A stretch of DNA of 64,000 nt from an uncultured virus (IMG/VR IMGVR_UViG_2609460245_000002) (lineage: Duplodnaviria; Heunggongvirae; Uroviricota; Caudoviricetes): IMG/VR virus record IMGVR_UViG_2609460245_000002, positions 1 to 64,000 of that record, one strand, 5' to 3'. Positions 9,550-19,958 of the stretch are shown here, one piece after another. The translations under genes and the position numbers were made by a program. The stretch's first letter is position 1. Each line of letters opens with the position of its first letter. Under the pieces are notes generated by a model. It saw nothing but the letters and a program-made list of their open reading frames with translations. It was not told where the DNA came from and ran no database searches.

Positions 9550-10113
9550 TTACTCCTCGTCGCTAATCGATTCACGAATGCAGTCCAGAATGAAGGACAG
9601 GTTCATGTGCAGGGTCATGAGATCGTCCTTAGTCTGAGGCATAGATGCAACCAGAATCATCAGTTTCAGGAAGTCAGGGCCACCCATCACCATAGGCAGG
9701 TCGCCCAAGCTGGTGCGGATGTGTCGTGCAAGCATGCCATAGTCCAGTTCACCGTCCTCGGTCACGATGGAATCTTCCAGAGACTTACGGTCGGTCAAGG
9801 CTTTCTCTACCAGAGCCCGCTGCTCCGGGTTCATACCTGCCATTGCTTCTTCCATTTGTTCCGGGGTGATGTTGAAATCAGTCATTTTTATATCTCCTTT
9901 TCGATTATTTAGATTTGCGGTCGATTTTGAAAATAGCGCCGCTGTTGCAGTGTACAGCACCGTCTCCGAAGAAGTCAACTCCGAAATACTTGACGCTTCG
10001 TTATTCTCGCATGTTGAAGTCACTTTCTCAATATCTTCGGCGGTAAAGCTCGCAGTGATACTAAACATAAAGAACAAGCCTGCAAGGGCCGCCCCAAGGA
10101 AAAACTCAGCCAT
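9550..10113 (-). CDS. Hypothetical protein(s); probably two genes joined by an indel
   Basis: Internal AAAGGAGA RBS before MTDFNIT at 9885. Confidence 0.5.
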   Translation of the reverse strand: MAEFFLGAALAGLFFMFSITASFTAEDIEKVTSTCENNEASSISELTSSETVLYTATAALFSKSTANLNNRKGDIKMTDFNITPEQMEEAMAGMNPEQRALVEKALTDRKSLEDSIVTEDGELDYGMLARHIRTSLGDLPMVMGGPDFLKLMILVASMPQTKDDLMTLHMNLSFILDCIRESISDEE

Positions 10114-10310
10114 ATGCCCTCCTATTACCTAATTAGCCGATAACTTTAACAGAGTCGAAGCCCAGCAGGCCTGCGTCCTCCAGTTCCTCAATAGTATCAT
10201 CAATCCCGCAGTCTGACAAGCTTTAACTACATCTTCTTCCATCTGGTAGTAGTCTCGCCACAGGCACTCATTGATACCGATATCCCATTCACACCAGAAC
10301 TTATAAACTG

Positions 10311-11090
10311 TCATTTGAAACCTCCTTTCTCCATCATGAAGTCCAGACTTACTGGCATAGGTAGACCAAAACCATCCTTCACTTCGTGAATCATCACGCA
10401 GCCACGGAAGTGATTGTTGCCTTGATAGCCTTTGTAAGCCTCGTCGTGAGGATAGCACGCTCCAGTCACAATGCCAAGCCTTTGTTTGCCATCAATTGTA
10501 GGATGGATCGCCCAGTCCAGAAGCTGACGGTGGCCCATGACAAACGAATGACCGGCAGCCTTGAGCATGTTGTTCGCTGTACCGCCTAGTGGCTTGCCAG
10601 TGAAGTGGTTTTGCAGGTAGTGGACGTAGTAGATGCCATCCACTTCGATAGGCTTGAGGAACGGGACAACCTCAAAACCGTAGTCCTGAATCCCAAGCTC
10701 CTCACTCCCCACGGTGCCATACAACTCAGGGTTATCGTTCGCTGCTCGATCAGCCCGCTCTTCGTGGTTGCCCAGTGTGAAAATCAACCGAGGTTGGTAC
10801 ACTTTCTTCCGATTAGCCCGTTGACGTTCCTGTAGCTCCCACAGAGGCTTGAACAGTCGGTCCAGACCCTCACGTCCGACTTGCACGTCTTCAGAGTACC
10901 TACGGCCCTCAGAGGAGCGTTTACCCTTATCGTAGGACGACAGGCTGGCTAGGTCAAAGTGATCTCCAATGTGGATCACAACATCCGGGCGTTTGGCTAC
11001 GATGTATTTACCGATAGCTTCCATGTAGTCCAGATTGATACCCGGCTTGCATTGTGTGTCAGAAATTACAAAGTGTTTCTTACTGCTCAT
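10311..11090 (-). CDS. Calcineurin-like metallophosphoesterase
   Basis: ISDTQ, HIGDHFD, LGNHE and GH motifs. Confidence 0.85.
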   Translation of the reverse strand: MSSKKHFVISDTQCKPGINLDYMEAIGKYIVAKRPDVVIHIGDHFDLASLSSYDKGKRSSEGRRYSEDVQVGREGLDRLFKPLWELQERQRANRKKVYQPRLIFTLGNHEERADRAANDNPELYGTVGSEELGIQDYGFEVVPFLKPIEVDGIYYVHYLQNHFTGKPLGGTANNMLKAAGHSFVMGHRQLLDWAIHPTIDGKQRLGIVTGACYPHDEAYKGYQGNNHFRGCVMIHEVKDGFGLPMPVSLDFMMEKGGFK

Positions 11091-11269
11091 TCTACCTCCT
11101 CCCATTCGCCTTCTCCCGGTTGATAATACAAAAATGCATCGATACGTTTGTACAAGTCCGTATCATATAGTCCGTTTTTCTGCATCATAACCAAGGCCTC
11201 GTCGAGCATAGAGACAGCTTCGATCAAGTCCCGAAGTTCTGCTATAGTTTTACTAATATCGCGCTGCAC
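11087..11269 (-). CDS. Small hypothetical protein
   Basis: GTG start after GAGGAGG; YDTDLY..IDAFLY.Q. Confidence 0.55.
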   Translation of the reverse strand: MQRDISKTIAELRDLIEAVSMLDEALVMMQKNGLYDTDLYKRIDAFLYYQPGEGEWEEVE

Positions 11270-11270
11270 C

Positions 11271-11432
11271 TTATTCCTCCTCGCACTCTTGACCGTAGAG
11301 GAATGCTGCAATGTCCTCGTATACATCTGTATCGTAGCAATGAACGTTGTCGAGTAGATTGTGAGCCCTCTCAAGGAGCTTTGTGGCTTCCTCTAGGTCT
11401 TGTTTGATGAAGTATGCTTTAGGGTCCATCAT
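11271..11432 (-). CDS. Small hypothetical protein missing from the ORF track
   Basis: Hand translation MMDPKAYF...YDTDVYEDIAAFLYGQECEEE. Confidence 0.55.
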   Translation of the reverse strand: MMDPKAYFIKQDLEEATKLLERAHNLLDNVHCYDTDVYEDIAAFLYGQECEEE

Positions 11433-11434
11433 GC

Positions 11435-11872
11435 TCATTTCGTCTCCTTCAGTAGTTTGATGATATCATCATATGTGGATGTTTTAATAGTTAGACGAAC
11501 GTATCCGTCTCCAACGGAGTCTGGCACTTCAAATCCGATAACGTCTTTCAGCAAGTCGAGTACCAATTGATTCTCATTCTTCAGAGATTCAGCTATATCG
11601 ATAATCTCGAAAGCAGATTGACTCTTGAAAGCTGCGGCCTCTCGGCTAGCCAAACGGTAGCACCCATTCTCCACTATCATAGGAATGTTCAAGTCGGACC
11701 ATCGCTCCATGTCCCTTTTAGCAGCCCATACGCCCAGTGTAGTTCCCTCATAGGCGTTTCTCCAAGCTAGAGCCGCAGCCCCTTTTGTTGCCCATTGCCG
11801 CTTCCCTTTAGGAGTAGTCCAAATCTCCTTAGTTTTCTTATGGCGGATAACATAAGTAGCAAGACTCGTCAT
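11435..11872 (-). CDS. Hypothetical protein
   Basis: ORF starting MTSLATY after GAGGAG. Confidence 0.6.
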   Translation of the reverse strand: MTSLATYVIRHKKTKEIWTTPKGKRQWATKGAAALAWRNAYEGTTLGVWAAKRDMERWSDLNIPMIVENGCYRLASREAAAFKSQSAFEIIDIAESLKNENQLVLDLLKDVIGFEVPDSVGDGYVRLTIKTSTYDDIIKLLKETK

Positions 11873-12095
11873 AGCTCCTCTCCTGTACGAAGACATTTAA
11901 CGGCTCCTTTAGCAGCGGAAATGAGTACCGAGTATCCCTCTTCCAACTGATCCTTTGCGGTATAGAAGAAGTCTATAACTCCGGCAATTAATGCCGCTAC
12001 AGCCGGGAGCCAGAAGAACACGGATATCCAAATCAGAACAATAGATGCTCGTACTCTGATCGGCAGCTTTCGCATGATTTTAATAAGCTTCTCTC

Positions 12096-12494
12096 TCACA
12101 TAGGCCTCCACAGTTTTGCAAATTTAAGAACATTCGGGGTTTCCTCCTTGCTAAGAGGAGGCACCACTAGACAAGAGCCCTCTCCGTTGCAGATGGTTCT
12201 CTCATACCCCTCATATACGAAAGGGATTTGCTTGATCTTATTGTACTCTTTGTCAGAAACTCGTACAACGATCTTACGGAAGCTCCACTGTTTCCACTCC
12301 ACCCACTTAATGGCGGTTTTTGCCGCTGCATGCATATACGGACGGGACGGAAGGTCCGTCGATGGAACGGCCCGGTCCTGTCCGAGGAGAACCATTGCCA
12401 TGTCTGCCCCTAGGATGCTATGTGCAACCAGAGTAGGCACCATGTATTCTGGTGCCTCGTCTCTTACTACAATGTAAACCCGATCCTCGTTCAT
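12096..12494 (-). CDS. Putative Pth2-family peptidyl-tRNA hydrolase
   Basis: YIVVR.E...LVAH...W...RKIVVRV...G...CLVVPP matches the PTH2 layout. Confidence 0.6.
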   Translation of the reverse strand: MNEDRVYIVVRDEAPEYMVPTLVAHSILGADMAMVLLGQDRAVPSTDLPSRPYMHAAAKTAIKWVEWKQWSFRKIVVRVSDKEYNKIKQIPFVYEGYERTICNGEGSCLVVPPLSKEETPNVLKFAKLWRPM

Positions 12495-13060
12495 CCACCC
12501 TCCTTCTTAGACCTAAGGTATCCAATGATCTGCTCTTTTCTAAGCTCTGCGTTGGATGCGGGTTTGATTCCCACTTCCTGCAAGAAGACCTTATCATATC
12601 CCTTTTGCTTCTGGATTGCAATAGCCTGCTTTACGATATCTGCTTCCTCTAGGGTCAGCCCATAACGCTCTGCATAGGTCTTGATCTCATGGCACGGTTT
12701 GCACAGTACAGCTAAGTCCTCCATTCTCACGAACACCACGCCCTCTACGAAGGTTTGGATGTCCTCCACACGTTTCAGTGAGAATTCTCCAGTCTTGTGG
12801 TCAATCTCGACGTCAGCTTGAGGGGTCTCCTTGCCACACTGCTCGCATACATAGCCCCATACAGTGGGATTGCGGAGCTTGCTCTTTTCATTGGTGTTGA
12901 CTATTTTGACCCTTCTAGACTTTGCGAACTCCAGTTTGACGGGGTTCTTGGACCAGAGATAGCGGCGAATGCCGCCTCTGACCCAACTCAAGAACGCCGC
13001 CTCAGTTTTCCAGATGCCCGGGAAGTCCTCCCAAGGACGCGCCTTACACTCATTCAACAC
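12491..13060 (-). CDS. HNH endonuclease
   Basis: CEQC...EIDH...L.VLCKPCH..KT. Confidence 0.8.
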   Translation of the reverse strand: MLNECKARPWEDFPGIWKTEAAFLSWVRGGIRRYLWSKNPVKLEFAKSRRVKIVNTNEKSKLRNPTVWGYVCEQCGKETPQADVEIDHKTGEFSLKRVEDIQTFVEGVVFVRMEDLAVLCKPCHEIKTYAERYGLTLEEADIVKQAIAIQKQKGYDKVFLQEVGIKPASNAELRKEQIIGYLRSKKEGG

Positions 13061-14103
13061 CTCCTAGCTCTACGCCCATTTTAGCCAGAACGGCTCTACA
13101 GTCAACTCTGTCTCCCGCCCAGCGTTGCATGTGGGCGCAGTCGCAGTACATTTGCATGATCTCTACGGCGTCTTTCGTGTGCTCGGTGCCATCCCAAGCT
13201 GTATAGGTGACAGGTTCAGGATACCAAGATTTGTAGGTGTCGTAGATGGCTTGCCAGCACTCTTTGTCAGACGCACAAGGGTTGATAATGTTGTAAGCAG
13301 CCACTTCTCCGAAGTCCTTTCCGATGCACAGGTCCGCTGGTCGGTAGCAGTCAACAGGGTCTCCGAATAGCAACTGGAAGTAGAAGAACTTACGTCCCTC
13401 GCCTCTCACCTTGCCCTTAGAGTCCCTATAGAGCGATCCTAGGCCCGAAATGAACTTGACCTGAACAGGCTCCCTCTCATAGTTGCAAAGCCATCCTAGA
13501 GTGCCGTCTGCGTCTTTATCGATGGTAGCTCCGATAACACGCTGCTTGGTTTCTCCCCGGGAATAACTCACTCCATTTTTGTACATCATTTCCGCCATGA
13601 GATCATCCGCTTCACCGGGGTGAATGATGGTGTCATAGGCTTCGATCATGTACTGCCGTAGCTGACCTAGCTGTAGAGGTTTGATTTGTCCAGTTCTCTT
13701 ACCTTTGTATCGACCACCGCGTGTGAATGTCTTCTTCCCTTTGGTCAACTCGTACTCTTGTGGCAGAGGGATAGAGTCCCTGAAGTTGTCGGGACCAGAT
13801 AGGAGAATCTTGAACTGCTTGCACCCGGCTTGTCGGCAAATTCGGTCGATCATGGTCTTAACAACAGAGATACCATAGGATACGTGCTTGGGGTCTTGAT
13901 GGTCTTCTATTTCGAAGTTGTCTTCGTTGAACCCTTCGCTGTCCTTGTTATTCTCTCGCCAAGTCGTCCGATTCTTCCAAGTCTCTTCTTCTCCGGTCAA
14001 TTTGTTTTTAATCGATGATTGAGCGAGTCTCGTTGACACTTGCACACTTAAAGGCGATCAGGTCGCCGTCAATGAGGACAATATCCTCTTCCTTTTCACT
14101 CAT
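13050..14103 (-). CDS. 5'-3' exonuclease (T7 gp6/FEN-like), frameshifted near 14020
   Basis: N-terminal LIDGDLIAF, then NFR, YKG.R, EADD, DKD and GD.VD motifs. Confidence 0.85.
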
Positions 14104-14117
14104 TTTTATCTCCAATG

Positions 14118-14139
14118 AAAAAGGGAGCCGAAGCTCCCC
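14118..14139 (-). terminator. UUCG-loop terminator
   Basis: GGGAGC-TTCG-GCTCCC-TTTTT. Confidence 0.75.
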
Positions 14140-14144
14140 TTGGG

Positions 14145-14366
14145 TTAGAACTGTACAACCTGAATGTCCCACTCTGTCTGTCGAGTGTCAGGGTTTACAT
14201 TGTTAGGAAGAGTAACATAAGCCGGCTCTCCTTTGAGGATACTCCCCGCAGCACTCTTCAAGTCTCTGAAAAGCTCTCGTTCCCAGACCTCCCCGCAGAA
14301 GGAGTTGTTTACTGTAGGGCCTTTTAGAATGTACGCAGGTACTCGAACAATAACTAGGGTGCTCAT
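14145..14366 (-). CDS. Hypothetical protein
   Basis: 73-aa ORF. Confidence 0.5.
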   Translation of the reverse strand: MSTLVIVRVPAYILKGPTVNNSFCGEVWERELFRDLKSAAGSILKGEPAYVTLPNNVNPDTRQTEWDIQVVQF

Positions 14367-14375
14367 AATCGGTTC

Positions 14376-14609
14376 TCACTTCTTTCGGAGGTTGTTTTTA
14401 AAACTGTACTTAACCTTACTGCGGCTCCCAATGGCATAAAGCACACCAGCTACCACGCCAAAACCTACAAGAACAACCAGCATGATTACGAAAGGAATCC
14501 AGATGGGCATGAGCGCCAGAGTCCAAGAGATAGCGAGTACGCCGGCAGACTTCAGTACGCACAGAATGATGGCAGCCAGAAGAAAAATAGGACCGAGATT
14601 GATTTGCAT
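14376..14609 (-). CDS. Small two-TM membrane protein
   Basis: LK..G....SW...L.PIWI motif, basic tail. Confidence 0.6.
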   Translation of the reverse strand: MQINLGPIFLLAAIILCVLKSAGVLAISWTLALMPIWIPFVIMLVVLVGFGVVAGVLYAIGSRSKVKYSFKNNLRKK

Positions 14610-14631
14610 GTGTTACCTCCTTTGAAATTTG

Positions 14632-14654
14632 AAAGGGAGGGGCCGAAGCCCCTC
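14632..14654 (-). terminator. UUCG-loop terminator
   Basis: GAGGGGC-TTCG-GCCCCTC. Confidence 0.7.
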
Positions 14655-14678
14655 TATTGCCTCTACTTCCGCGTAACC

Positions 14679-15683
14679 TTAGAACGGAATGTCGTCATCG
14701 ACGTTGGTCTGAACCGGCTCAACTTTAGGAGCAGCTTTAGTCTGCTCTTTAGCTTCAGCTTGTTCCTCGCTGTCACCGCTGGAGCGGTTACCGCCGCGTG
14801 CAGCTTCAACAGCTTCGATCATCGCCTTGATATCCGAACCTTCGTAGTTCTTGGCTCGCTTGATGGTGTTAATGACGTTGGCACGCAGTTGCTTAACTGC
14901 CTCTTCGTCGTTCTCACCATACAGGTTCACGCCGTAGATGTACTTCTCATCCAGTTCAGGAACCGGAACACCTTCAGGCACCATACCGACCAGACTGATA
15001 TCCTCGGTGAGGAATTTCATGTCGTTTTTGCCCGGCTTCATCCACACTCGAACTTGGAACTGAGCCACTTTACCCAGAAGCTCGCCTACGCGGTCCTTGG
15101 TGAAGAGTTCGTCTTCGTTGATGACGCCAGTAGCTACAGCCAGTTTGTGCAGCATGGAGTTCTTAGCGAACGCCCATTTGCCGTTCGGGTGCTTCACTTC
15201 CTTGATGGTGAACGGACGGCCAACAATCTTAGTCTTCTGACCCGGCAGAGTAAAGTCGCCGTTGTACAGGACACGAAGCGGAGACTTGTTGCTGTTACCG
15301 GTCAGGTACAGGCTCTTGTCTACCTCGATCTGAGGGAAGTCCACAGTGATCGCGATTTGTTGCATATCGCGCTGCGGCCAGCACTTCAGACGTACAGGCT
15401 TGCGAGTCTGCTTGTCCAGTCCATCCTTGAAGTAAGTGTTCGGATATTCCTTGATGATTTGGATTTCATCTTCGGCAGTGCCAGTGAACACAACCTCTGC
15501 ATCGTTCTGCTCTTGCTCGCCGAGGTCGATGATGCCGGAGATATAACCCGGGATCGAACGTGCTTTAGCGGCAGTGCCAGCAGCTTCCACGACGTGGTTG
15601 TTCAGAGCATCCCAATCGACTTCCTTGCGGATGCCGCCGTTGCCGGATTGAGTGTTGGTAGTTACGTTCAGTTTAAAAGCCAT
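14679..15683 (-). CDS. Putative single-stranded DNA-binding / replication protein
   Basis: Acidic C-terminal DDDIPF tail typical of SSBs; strongly biased codon usage. Confidence 0.65.
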   Translation of the reverse strand: MAFKLNVTTNTQSGNGGIRKEVDWDALNNHVVEAAGTAAKARSIPGYISGIIDLGEQEQNDAEVVFTGTAEDEIQIIKEYPNTYFKDGLDKQTRKPVRLKCWPQRDMQQIAITVDFPQIEVDKSLYLTGNSNKSPLRVLYNGDFTLPGQKTKIVGRPFTIKEVKHPNGKWAFAKNSMLHKLAVATGVINEDELFTKDRVGELLGKVAQFQVRVWMKPGKNDMKFLTEDISLVGMVPEGVPVPELDEKYIYGVNLYGENDEEAVKQLRANVINTIKRAKNYEGSDIKAMIEAVEAARGGNRSSGDSEEQAEAKEQTKAAPKVEPVQTNVDDDIPF

Positions 15684-15784
15684 TTTATTTCTCCTATTTA
15701 AGTACCCTAGACTGGGCGAGTGTGTCAGCCACTTGACCGACGATCATACCGGACATTCCCGGATTCTGCAAGAGGATTAGCGCA

Positions 15785-16495
15785 TTAGCGCACCTCCTCT
15801 CCTTTAATCAGTTTGACAATCGAGACGCCTTCCGCCTTGCCACCCCACCAACGCTTAGTGGACCGTGCCTCTTCGCGAGTAATGGTGAACTTAAGCGGGA
15901 ATCCGTCTACATCGAGAACAGCATAACCCATTACAGCGGGCTTTGCAACCTTTTCTTTCTTCTCTTCGTTGACCGGAGCTTCAATAGCCTCCTCTGCCTC
16001 TTCTTTGAACTCCTCAAGTACCAATTCAGGGTAGAGAGTCTGGAGCTTCGGATCGTCAGAAATATCACCGCCGATGTTAACTCGTCCTTTAAAGAGCATG
16101 CAGAATGGGCTCTCTCCTTCGAGCATGCTCTTTAGCCAGCACGGTTCGAAACCCTCGTACAAAGCTGGTTCCGAAGTAACCAAGTAGTGGGAGATCAAGT
16201 CCGGGCGCTCGGCAGCGCTCTTAACATAGTACTTCTTACCCGGGATCGCTACAATTTCGAAGCGGTCGTTGTCAGCGAGCATCGATTGGTAGTCTCCAAG
16301 TCCATCATTGACGTCTCGGTCAATGGACCAATGGAGGGAGCAGAACCGGATTTCCCCTTCCGGGAGACCGATATCGCGTCCATCTACTGCGACTGCGTAT
16401 GCGCCTACATATCGGGCTTCCTTTGGCCAGCCAACGGTGACGTCACATCCCACTTGAGTGAGTTTGACGATAGTCCCGGGAATAACACCAGACAT
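15785..16495 (-). CDS. Hypothetical protein
   Basis: 236-aa ORF with AAGGAGG RBS. Confidence 0.65.
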   Translation of the reverse strand: MSGVIPGTIVKLTQVGCDVTVGWPKEARYVGAYAVAVDGRDIGLPEGEIRFCSLHWSIDRDVNDGLGDYQSMLADNDRFEIVAIPGKKYYVKSAAERPDLISHYLVTSEPALYEGFEPCWLKSMLEGESPFCMLFKGRVNIGGDISDDPKLQTLYPELVLEEFKEEAEEAIEAPVNEEKKEKVAKPAVMGYAVLDVDGFPLKFTITREEARSTKRWWGGKAEGVSIVKLIKGEEVR

Positions 16496-16496
16496 A

Positions 16497-16664
16497 TTAT
16501 TTACCTCCTTTCTGTTTGTATTTGTTAGCCACGCTTTTATGGGCTAACGGTGTCTCCGATACCTCGAAGCCTTTAGAGGTATAGTACTCTCGGTTGGCCT
16601 TGTTGTCAACAGTGATTCCTACCATAGACGATTTGCCGTAGACGTAGAGTCGAGCCGTGTTCAT
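16497..16664 (-). CDS. Small basic protein missing from the ORF track
   Basis: 55-aa MNTARLYVYG...KQKGGK with AGGAGGT RBS. Confidence 0.55.
   Translation of the reverse strand: MNTARLYVYGKSSMVGITVDNKANREYYTSKGFEVSETPLAHKSVANKYKQKGGK
16581..16609 (-). promoter_or_regulatory. Sigma70-like promoter
   Basis: TTGACA-N17-TACTAT. Confidence 0.65.
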
Positions 16665-16692
16665 ACATACCTCCTATTCTGTGATTACCGTA

Positions 16693-17091
16693 TCACTCGC
16701 TGCTGCCTTCGACAGCTTTCAGAGTTTCTTTCTTAGCCCGCTTAACCAGAGCTTCGAGCAGTTCAGTAGATTCGCTGAGAACCTGCTGAGTAGCGTCCGC
16801 TTGATAGAGGCTCTGTGCAGCGTACCCGCCAACCATCCACCATGCCGTCTCAGACGAAGGGACCAGATGACCGATTACAATGATCGGTAGAAACAGCTTG
16901 AATGTCAAGGGTCGTAGGTGATTTTTGAGTGTAGCTTTAACTGCCTCATTTTCTCGGCCACCAATCGATGCCAAGTAAACAAACCCTCCTGCAACCCACG
17001 CGATGATAGTAACGATCAAGGTAAAACTCCCTGCCGAATACAGGGCTGGGAATACGGTCATAACGAGATAGATAACAAAAGCTAGAGTCAT
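16693..17091 (-). CDS. Membrane protein
   Basis: Three hydrophobic segments. Confidence 0.6.
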   Translation of the reverse strand: MTLAFVIYLVMTVFPALYSAGSFTLIVTIIAWVAGGFVYLASIGGRENEAVKATLKNHLRPLTFKLFLPIIVIGHLVPSSETAWWMVGGYAAQSLYQADATQQVLSESTELLEALVKRAKKETLKAVEGSSE

Positions 17092-17128
17092 TGAGTTTTT
17101 CTCCTCTGTATGTCATGAATATGTGGCC

Positions 17129-17157
17129 ATTGTATAGGAGGCGGAGGGGCCTGTCAA
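17129..17157 (-). promoter_or_regulatory. Sigma70-like promoter
   Basis: TTGACA-N17-TACAAT. Confidence 0.75.
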
Positions 17158-17182
17158 GCCCCTTTCTTCGCTTAGTGCCAGA

Positions 17183-19898
17183 TTAGTGGCAGTCCTTCCA
17201 AGAGCGACCAACGATGTAGCCGGCGGTCAGTTCAATGGGCACCAACGGAGTGGAGTAGAACTCCCCGGCAGCACCTACAGCCTTAGTGGCAAGTTCTCCA
17301 GCGCGGCAGTAGGCTACAAACACTCCACCTTCGCCTTTGCTGTAGTGTGCAATATCGCTCCACACCTTGCCCGTGGTAGCCAGTTGCTCATCCTTGTAAG
17401 CCTGAGCAAGAGCTTTCAACTCCTTCTCGGCTGCCTCTCGCTCCTTCTCCCCTTCCGGCTTACCGCCTACAAGAGACCAAGGGAACATCTTGAAGCTGAC
17501 CGACTTAGCTGTGACTTCCAACTGCGCTTCGTCGTGGTACGCGATCATTTGTTGGCAGAATTCCGGCTTGTTCTTCCAGTCTTCTTTGAAAAAGTCAACC
17601 TTCAGACCTTCTTTCTCCAGCAGTTGGTCATGAATCACCATAGCACGTTTAGCACAGATAACACCGCCACTCTGGAACAAGCTGTTCAGGATAGCGTGAG
17701 CCGAACGAGTAGGAACTCGGCGACCGTCCACTCCAACAATATACTTCTTACCGTTGGCTTCCCACTGCTTGGTTAGGTCATCCTTCAGTGCTTTCAATGG
17801 GAATGCTGCATCCCAGAACGCATCGAATACCAGTTGACCCGTTTGCAAATCGGCACCAATGGTTTTTGCCACTTTACCAGCTTGAGCACCGTACGTACAC
17901 CCGTATTTTACGTTTTTTCGCAGGAGACCGGTTAAATTGACGACCGATAATCTCGGAAATACGCTTAGCCATCATCGTGTGAACGTCGAATGGCTTCTCC
18001 ATCATGAGTGACTTACAGTATTCCTTTGTCGGATCGTACTGATCGCAGTAGGCCGACTCTTTACGTGCTTCCAAGGAGTCGAAGTCATACCCAATTTGGA
18101 AGTACCCGTCCTCTACACCGAATAGTTCTCGAAGCTCTGCACCATAGAGGGACGTGATTCGAGGGACGTTGGCCACCTTTCGGTGCTTCATCCGGCTAGT
18201 AGCAGCCCCGCAAGTGTCAGCAGGCGTGGGAATCCTGCCGTCCTGACGAATGCTTGCAAGGTAACCTTTTTCCGGCTCCTCTCCATCCTCCATTTCGTCC
18301 CAGTCCATGCCGCCACCGAGGATTGCGCTTCGCCGGTGCTTAAAGGTCAGGTACTCAATCACATCCTTCGCGAACGGAAACTGTTCTGCAATGCGTTCGA
18401 GGTCTGGACACATTTCTTTCTCTTGGCCCTTTGTGAAGCTAGGGTTAGTGAGAACCTTACAGCCCCCCTTGCTTGCACGATCAATCAACCTCTGACGTAC
18501 ATACGCGCGGGTGCTACGAGGGGTGATCTTCATGTAATCCCCGAACCCGTCCAGCCGCTCTTCCTTGTACGCTGTGCTATACGTTACATCCAGCCAGCGA
18601 TCGATCTTAGCAACGATGTTTTCCATCGGAAGCTTGATCTTCTTCTGATCCACAGTCAGATCAGTCTCTTTCCACTCTGATGGAATCCAACCAAACTCAC
18701 CCATAAGCCATTGCTTGATGTGAGTTGTGTCCCCGATCTTAGCAGGCATTTCCGTCTTCAGCGGTACGTCTGCCGGGAGAGGCAGCTTGTACTCCTTACC
18801 CTCAAAGATCATGGTTCTGTCGTCGCCCTCTTTCAATTGAGCGCCGATCTTTTCAATGAACTTCTGTAGGTAGGTGGTGATCTCCCCGTTCTTCTTGAAC
18901 TGCCGGACAGGCGGAGTGTAGTCTGCCATGAATTTCTTGGTCGCAGGGCGTGGAGGCAGCACAGGCTCTACCCGGGCCCGGCGTTCTTCCATCTTAGCAT
19001 CCAAGTCCTTAACAGCCTTTTCGCAGAGTTCCACGTTCAGTACGAAGCCACGGTGCTCCTGATAGGTGATGATCTCTGCAACCTTCTTCTCCAACTGAAT
19101 CGGCGACAACCAGTTCTTGATGTAGTTGTCCCGGTCGGACAGTTGGTAGTCTTCGTGATCCTGCAACCAGTGCCATACAGCGGTGTTCGCCTTTACGTCA
19201 TAGATACAGTAGTAAAGCATATCGGCTGCGAAGTCGAGGAATCGAACATCCGGTGCCAGATGCTTGCGGAAGTCGATCTTGGTGTCACCACCAGCGCGAC
19301 GAGACAGCTTATCCAGACTGTGGCCACCGAACAGGTCAGGGTTACAAGTCTTGGAGATAACGAGGGTATCGTCGAATACCACCTGCTTGCCCATCCAAGT
19401 ATCTGCCGACCAAGTAGTTAGACCACCATCCCTGTGCTCGACGCCGATAGTAAAGTCCATATCTTCCACAAGCTTCATCGACATAAGGTCGAAGTTAATC
19501 ATGTTGTGAGCCACTACGCGCTTGATCTTGCGCTTGAGCACATAGTTCTTGAACTCTTTCAGCGGCAGGTGAATATACTCTACCGGAGTGTAGTCCTTGA
19601 GAGTCACAACTTCTTCAGTGTGGAGCATGGAAGATGCTTTCGGCAGCTTCTCCGTGTACTCTCGACCGTCGAAGACGTAAGTCGGGCCGTCGTAGAACGC
19701 CAGAATGTTACCGCCGTGCTCTTCTACTACGACACAGTGATGACTGTAGCTTGGCTTGATCTTGTAGGGGCTGGCAGTGTAGTCGATGGACGTTTCATCC
19801 AGCAGACCCGTGGACTCGATATCCCAAGTCATGTTGGTGACATTGTTATTTCCCATCCATTCGAGGTATTGCTCGATTGTTTCAAATCGTTGTTGCAT
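17183..19898 (-). CDS. Family A DNA polymerase, split by an extra A in a homopolymer near 17915
   Basis: Exonuclease DIES, AHNMINFD and YCIYDV; motif A DFDSLEAR; motif B AKNVKYG restored by removing one A; motif C YHDE. Confidence 0.92.
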
Positions 19899-19927
19899 TT
19901 CCTTTCCTCCTGTAAACGACGAAAGGG

Positions 19928-19956
19928 ATGATACATAAGCATCACCCCTCTGTCAA
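19928..19956 (-). promoter_or_regulatory. Sigma70-like promoter of the polymerase gene
   Basis: TTGACA-N17-TATCAT. Confidence 0.75.
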
Positions 19957-19958
19957 CC

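Noticed and set aside
12491..13060. Mobile homing endonuclease in an intron
   Set aside because: Free-standing, overlaps both neighbours like a core gene, and interrupts nothing.
14604..15701. 365-aa plus-strand ORF, and similar long antisense ORFs such as 48710-49381
   Set aside because: Shadow ORFs opposite highly biased genes; no RBS or motifs.
17872..17920. Split DNA polymerase caused by an intron or intein, or a natural two-gene polymerase
   Set aside because: Removing one A restores motif B (AKNVKYG) with no inserted sequence.
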